From: Lingula anatina
Lineage: Eukaryota; Animalia; Brachiopoda
Assembly: GCA_051362555.1 (NCBI GenBank)
Contig: CM120645.1
Coordinates: forward strand, 15,438,001 to 15,502,000
DNA: 64,000 nucleotides
Direction of reading: 5' to 3'
The translations under genes were made by a program, and so were the position numbers. Of the stretch, positions 56,391 to 64,000 are shown one piece after another (position 1 is the stretch's first letter; each line of letters begins with the position of its first letter). The notes under the pieces are model-generated. The model was not told the origin of the DNA and did no database searches. It worked only from the letters and a program-made list of their open reading frames with translations.

Positions 56391-59300
56391 TAACAAAAAT
56401 AATAAAAAAATTCCAATCTGATGTATTATATCTTTCAGCTCATTGGAAATTGTGAACACTGCCCAAGTTAGGTTAACTATATCTTACATCTCTGTGCATA
56501 ACTGAAGTCTGCTATAATGATGGACAAAAAGACTTTACCCATTTAACAACATGCATTCGCATGAAAGTTGTTACCACACGGAGCTTATCTCTGCCCAGAC
56601 TGAAACATGAGGTCACACATAATTGGGTTATACCAGTGCTCGTTGGATTCTCAGTTATTTTCATTATGCTATTCTTATAAAAACTTTTATCTCAAAAAGT
56701 GCACTATTGATATCATAGCAGTCTCAGGTCAACAGGGAATTTGTAAATCTCACATTATGAAAATGACACATTACATAATTGAAAAATAATAGCACTCCTA
56801 AATGCCAATTAATGAATCGGTGAAACAACCGCATCAATAACAGCCATCCTTGCTATAATGTTAATGGTTTGAATGGAAGTTGAACTCCCCATTGACTTAA
56901 TTGATATTTGAAAATTTAATTGTTGGGAATAATTTGCTGGATGCAGAAATGAAATATGATATCTCTACCTTTAATGGCAAAGGATAGACATGAGGGTTAA
57001 TGTATATTTCTTCTTTGTGAAAATTATGGCTTTCCCAAATTTAAATTTCACTGATCAAAATTTCTCCAGTTTTTAGTACACATACATTGATGAAACAAAT
57101 CTAATATCTGATAAATGAATGATAGAGACAGTACAGATAACAAGATAGTAGATACATGAGTCTGACCTTGCTTTGATACATGTTAGAGCCTAAAAGTGGT
57201 GCTTGAAACTTATAATTCAACTAGGCCAAGTGACATCATTGTGCCTTCTGATCACATGGTGTAATACTATTTTGTGGCACAGGGAATGGTACCATGGGTA
57301 TTGGAATGTAGGTGGATTTGAACCGTTGAAAGTAGTCTGCACACTGTAGTTACTGTATAGAGTTACACCGTAAAGCAACTCGATTACTGTTGTTGAATGT
57401 CACAACATATCTCGCGTGGCTTTGAATATGGAGAAGTGTTGTTATTGCCAATAGAGAGGATGAAGTACTTATACGTAGAGCAGAGAAGTATTTTTAGTAT
57501 TTAACTGTCAGTCAGGTAACTGTATGGGAGTAGGTCACAGACTATTAGCCAAGATTTAATCCCATTCTTTCTTATGTTTTTACAAGGTTTCTCTTTTAAA
57601 AAACACACTTGCGATCTTTAGTAGTTACTCAGCTAGAAACTAGTCTGTTGAGAGAATTGAAGGGTTACTTAAAATGGTCGATACACTAAATGGAGTTTTT
57701 TTTTATGTCAGAAACCAAGCATTGGTGTGATTATGCATTTTGTGAAGCTTTGTGGTGCTTTTTTAATCAATTTACTGGACCAATTCTGAGATGAGTTTTG
57801 AAATTTGTGAGTGACATAGTTGTCCTGAGTATAATTTTTGAATTGAAAGTGTTGGGTAGAAAAGTTACTCAACTACTAAGTATGGTTAAGTGAATTATCA
57901 TTATTTTTGACTTCAAAATAACCCAGCTTTTACAATTTAAAGCAATAATAACTCTTCCTTTGAGATTCAAAATTCCGCAAAAAATACATTGTAAACAACG
58001 CATGGAAATATATTCTATTGCATTTTACCACTGAAACGGCCATTATTGTAGTAAAACTAAAATCTGTGCTTGTCAATAGAGCTTTCGATGCCTTTCTTCC
58101 CGGTCGTTAAGTCATCCGTTGCCAATGAAGTTAGGGTGTCACGCGGATTCTCGTGTTCATTCGAGACCAAAATAACTTCTGGCGCCAAAAGTCTGATGCA
58201 ATAGCAGAATAAGTCGGATTTTTTGTACAGTAAGTCGGATAAAGAAAGGCCCAGAATAGCACAGATAGCACACATTGTAGATATAAATGCATTTTGAGCA
58301 ATAAGACGAATATATCTTATGAATCTTATATTACTGTTATGGTGTTGTTGTTGTCTGCTTTTCCCGCGGTTTTAAGAAGGTTACCACAAACTATCACTCG
58401 ATATCGCGAGACTGTGCAATGTCAGAAAGGGCTCCGTCAGTTTAAAATCTCTTCTCTAAAATCTCTTAAGAGATTTTAACAAAAAACCAAACGTTTAGGA
58501 AAAAAAACCCTGGACTAACTTTGAATGCAGGAATGGGGTCGCCGACCATTGGTAAGTACGGGAAAATTGCCGTTTACTCCAGGAAAATCCAATTTTTGGC
58601 CAAAACGAAGAGTTATTATGACTTTAAGGCTTTGTATTGGTTTTGATCACAAGAGAGAAGGCTGCAGGTCTAAGGTGTGTTACATGATATAGGAGGAGTC
58701 CTTGTTATTTGTTGTCTTTTAAATCGGTTGGTATCCTGTTATACAAACTGCAGGTATTTATAGGATATATGGGACTTGCCTTTGCCTTTTCACACTTTTC
58801 ACAGGGTTTTCTCTCTCATCGTATAGATTAGAATGTTAACTGCTTTTTAGAACTCTGCTTGAATACTATTGAAAGCTTTCATAACAAATTTGGTAAAAGT
58901 ATTCTGAATGTGGACTATAATAGCCAGGATATACATATTGTGAAAATTGTTTAAAATTTGATAAAAAAAAAATTGCAGCATGTGAAGACAAAAGGCATGC
59001 CACTGTCAACCAAGTCGGTGGTTTTTGTTAATCTGCACTGAATGAAATAATAATATATATGTTTAAAGGTTTTGCACCAGTGTATGTTTCCCATGTCACA
59101 GGTAATTCACAGTAGTTTTGATTAATGAATAGAATTGCCTTCACTATGTAGGTGTGGGTGTTGTTTATGAAAACTTCAGGTAATCCAGGTGCATGGTGTA
59201 GATGTCTATAATTAGGCCAGGTTTATGCCCTTACCCTGGCGCCAGCCCTGTGTACTTGTGAAAACAATGGACTTAGGCGAGTGTGTTGTGTATGTGTCAG

Positions 59301-62300
59301 TGACCCTCTCATTGAGATGTATATTTATCCATGCCAGTCATGTTGTTTATCAATATTAGCTCTTTACGATAAACCAGTGTATGGAATTCAGTGATGAGAA
59401 AAAATGGTTTAAGGGAAAAGAAAATAAAAAAAGAATAAATAAATAAGTTGATGTCTTTTCTTTGAAACATTCAGGTTGATTGCACTTTATTGATTAAAAA
59501 ATGACATGAAAAAGTGTTGGTATTTGTGCTGAAAAGTGAACCAAAAGAATGGGATATGCATATTTTCACTACAGAAAAGCACTTTCTTCTGCATGCCACA
59601 CTGTAGATGGAAATAGAAAATCAATGAATTTCAAATGGACACCTGCCTGGAAGCTGAACAAACAAAAGCTTTTGTCGATATGTAACAATGTGTACAAAAT
59701 ACTTTCTGGGTGCTTATGTGTGTGTATGCATGTTCACATGCATGTACATATGAGTATATTTGTGCAGGAGAACAGAACATCAAACGAGAGAGAGAAGGGG
59801 AGAGAAAGGAGAGAGAGAGGGAGTGAGAGCAAGGGCAAGAGAGAACCTGGCTAGTAAGTGGGAGGGGCACAAGTCATACATATAATAAATCGATGACTTC
59901 CAAAGATGCATTTTACTTATCTTCTTGATGGATACTTTTCACTTATCTAAGGGATGCATCTCATGTCCGATTATGTTCAATCGGACTTGTGATGGCAGTA
60001 TTTAGATAATAACACTTCAGTTGAATTGTGTGTTTGTGTGTGTATGTGTAGGGGGGGGGGGGGGCACAATAATAACTGAAATTTACTTTTCATTTTTTTA
60101 AGTGTTTAATTGCAGTTTTAACTGCTTCAGAGTACATATTTGCCAATTTTTGTTGTTTCTCTGTGTTTTTGTTATGAACAAATTTTAATTGATGTAACAG
60201 TACTGCTTGTCTACTAGTAATTATGATAGTGCACTCTTACTAGTACTAATAAGAACCTTTATCCTCACAGATACTATCTTACTGGGAGCTGAAATGAAAT
60301 AGTTGTTGTTTTATGGTAAATGCTCTAAGATGAACCTTGAGGCTTAGTTGGAATAGATGAACATCCTTTAACCAACTGAATCACATGCACACAGACGAAC
60401 ACACTTGTATCTAGTTATCAGTTCATGTGTTGACCATTATGGCCAGCTGACCATGTACACATGTGGTCAGTTTCGTTCAACATGCGTTGCCTAAAACAAC
60501 GGGCCTGTTTTCGTCCTGACAAAGGAATGGAAATCATCTGAGATGGTTAAATTGAGACTGTTCACACTGCGTGACGTCATCTGAGACAGGAAAACGTGCA
60601 AGAACCCACTTTGTGGAAGGCAAACTTTTGAGCATTGAGGGTTGAATTCAGGTTGTTGTTTCTGGCACCATTCTTGAAATCTTGCTTGATTTTGCACTAA
60701 GCAGTAAGACTTTGAAGTATCTCAGATGATTCTCATTGCCATCAGTTAAAGTGAAGGTGTGTTTTTTTGTCTTTTGTCTAAATGTTTGTCTCTCAAATTT
60801 TTAGTAGGCATCTTACTAGTAAGGAGTTTATGCCCTTATCTCTTCTACCCCCATGATCTCCTTTCCTCCACTTATAGCAAAAGTTTTATTTTGCCTAAAA
60901 ACCTGAAAATCTAACTTAGGACTGTAACAAAGTCTCTTTGACAAAAATATATATTATGAGAAATATTAAAATCTTATTAAGACACTAAATGAGCATTTGT
61001 CCAGATTGAATGTCTTGTAGAGTAGCAGGGATGGTTTATGCTGTATAATTGCTAAGTTTGAATGTAAAATTTGATGATAAAATATGGTAAACATATTCAT
61101 TGTTTTTAATGGATATTATTGATCTGTTTGTTAAAGTAAATGCCTTTGGGTTTCGTAGGGTAAATTTCAAATTTGTCAAATATCAAAGCAGTCAGTGTTA
61201 CTGTGCTCAAACAAATACACTTATCAAATAATATTAGTTCCTAGATTTTTATTTTTTATTTTGCTGCAATACTAGAAAGTAAAAATAGAATCACCTGTCA
61301 TATATTGCCTGTGTGCCAGTTGAGGCTACAGAAGTAATTGCTGCAGTTGATACAAAGGTAATTGCTTCCAGTACTAATCTCTATACTTTTGCTGGAACAT
61401 CTCTTATTATGAAGATAGACTTTGTTCTGAAATAACCATCAGATGTCAATTAAGGTTCTTTTAAAGTACAGTGTGGCTTTTGACAAACTTAAAAATAAGA
61501 TGCACAATTTGGGCATATATTGTTTCCAATATCCCGGATGCTTACACTTTTCCTTACTTTAAGTGTAGACCTTGCCTAAATGTTTAACTTCCTGTGATAT
61601 TCAGGCAGTGATTAACGTTTAGTGGCTAGGTGTAGGGCAGCATCCGTATTTGATTGATTCTACTTGGCTACTAGGATTTGAGGTAAAAGCCAATCAATAG
61701 CCTGGTAATGCCAAACCTTTCAATTATTTTATATCCTCCCTCTACCTGTGGAGTTCACGAAATGTTCCTCTTGTAGCTTTCTTCTGTTTATCATAGTTTA
61801 ATCCTTTTACTGTCGTGTTTTTGCTTTACATTTACATATTTTTGCATGTCATTACTTTTTTTTGCCAGTGGGTTTCAATACACTATCATTATACTAACTA
61901 AATGCTCCATCTTTTTTCAAACACTCCAAGTATCATTTTGTATCAAATAGCCAAGTATTGATTTGTCTTGGTAGTCAAACCACTGAATTTATGAGTCTCT
62001 GTTCTTTTATGATATTTAGTCTGATATTTTATCAGTTTTACTTCTTTTTTTTTTGTTCTCTTGCAAAAAAAAAAATAAAATAATAATAATAAAAAATTAA
62101 AAAAAAAAAAAAATAAAAGTAAGTGGATAAATGAATGAATAGTAATGGAAAGTATTAAGAAAAAAGTAAACATGTTTATAAGCTGTACAAGGTAAATGGT
62201 AAGTGAAAATGAGCAAGTCTTGAAATTCGTCTTGAAGATTTGGTTTTGATCTTGATCACGACTGGCTTGATTTTTAAATCAAAAAGAAGGCAAGTATAAA

Positions 62301-64000
62301 TACCATTCAATGATTGTATTGAATACTAGTAGTCAGTCAACAGAGTTCTTGTTTGTGCAGACACCATAACCCTAGGATGCCTCTGAATAGTTTGCTTTTC
62401 TGATTTTATTCCCCTTTTGCTCAGCAGTTGAATCATTGAATGACTTGGTCACTTTCAGATGTCACATTGATCATAGAACAATCCATAATCCACATAAAAC
62501 AAACTCGAAAAGATTACACTTGCCATTATTACGCAGAAAAGGCGATCATAACTGACAAAATATGTTTTATTACATTTGATAAATCCAGGTACTTTTCCCA
62601 ATTTTAAAAAATTTTATATGATAAGCACAGACTCAGATGACAAAAATATTTCATCTGTGGATTTTATCTTACATTTTTTGCTGTCAAGAGAATGCATTGA
62701 TTGTGTTTCAAGACATATACTTTAAGTAGACAACAGATTGTATCAGGAAATTTCATATCATAGGAAGATGGCACATGTGCATATATTATTGTACATGTAC
62801 AAATTTCAAATGCAGTATATGCATTGAAGGCAAATGCTGCAAAAGGTTTCAGGCTTCATGCCAATTTGGCAGAAGATTCACAGCTATATATGCCTACATA
62901 GACATTAGTCATACTGCAAATTGAGTGAACTGAATATTTTTAGAAGAAGCCGTTTGTACTCCAAGGTTCTGATGGAAATTCGAAAGGTTAATTTTATAAA
63001 GATTTAAATAATGTTTATAAGTAATTTTAAAAGTGTAGATTATCTTGAAATGTGTACAGATTACAGTACTTGATCAAACATTCCAAACACACTCCTTTAA
63101 GTATTTGATCTTTTTCAAACTTTTTGTATTGAATATTCAGTCAAATGAACATCTTACCTTTTGACATGAACCAGATTAATTTTTCTCACGTTGAACAGAC
63201 CGACAAGGACATTTTAGCCTTAACTGGACAGGGTTGTTATCCTTGCAGTGTTCAAGAGTTCTAGATCATTTAATATTTCATCACGTGAGTTGATGCTCTA
63301 AGAAAAATGTAGCAGCTTAATGGGAAACTTATTCAATTAGGAATTGAAGCTCAGCCTTCAGGCCTTATAAACTAATTACTAGTACGCTATTGTGAACTAG
63401 AGCCTCAGATTTGTGAGAACAAGTGCCCAAAGTAACAACTCAAGCCACAAAATGAGAACTCCAACATAAAATAAGTAGCCATGAACATAGCATTATGGCC
63501 CACAAAATTGCTCATCTACCCATTCAGTACCTTCAGTATGAGCCAGAGTTTGTTTAGAGCACATTGCTGTCGTTAATATGTTGTTTGGAGAGTCAAATCC
63601 AGGAATAAGTTAGTTTGGGTTGTTTTTAGCCTTTTTATATATTCCATGATTATTTTTCTAAGATAAAGTATTTGTGACTCAAGTTGTTAATTTGGACATT
63701 TGTGCCTCCAAATCTAGGGCAATTACTGTTTATGAGGCCTGGCCTATCTAGTTGAATACTAACGATTCCTGATTTTTGTGTCACTCTTTGTGGACCTCTT
63801 GATGATAAATGTTTCTAATAAAATACATACAAACACAATGGACTGAAACGTGTATTAAAAAACACTCAAGGTAAGAGAGGTATGGTTCAATTAACAAATC
63901 TTTAGATATTTTAATTTGGCTAAAACAGGCTATTGCAATTGACTTGACCTTTCTTTTTCTTATTTGAAATATTTACTGCCAAATTTTATCAATAGTTCTC

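Noticed and set aside
56400-64000. Short ORFs in the right-hand region
   Set aside because: Low-complexity or AT-rich translations with no recognisable domains or consistent exon chain.

Overview
AT-rich, intron-rich animal genomic DNA, probably from an invertebrate (the repeat families resemble those of marine invertebrates; the species cannot be determined from the sequence). I reconstructed five spliced genes by hand from GT-AG junctions: ST7 (minus strand, running off the left edge), NDUFA12 (head-to-head with ST7), a RAB29/RAB7L1-type GTPase, a METTL24-like methyltransferase, and an intact 7-exon GH32 beta-fructofuranosidase/levanase with a signal peptide and a GPI-like tail. A tRNA-Thr(AGT) gene is also present. 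ST7 intron 1 holds a nested transposon stack: an 8-bp-TSD element with a RecQ-helicase remnant contains a 3-bp-TSD element, which contains a near-intact hAT5-type transposon with a 5-bp TSD. NDUFA12 intron 3 holds a Helentron-like (HINE) element with a 146-bp satellite that shows higher-order structure. About 51.5-64 kb has no recognisable coding sequence. All family calls come from motif recognition, not database searches.
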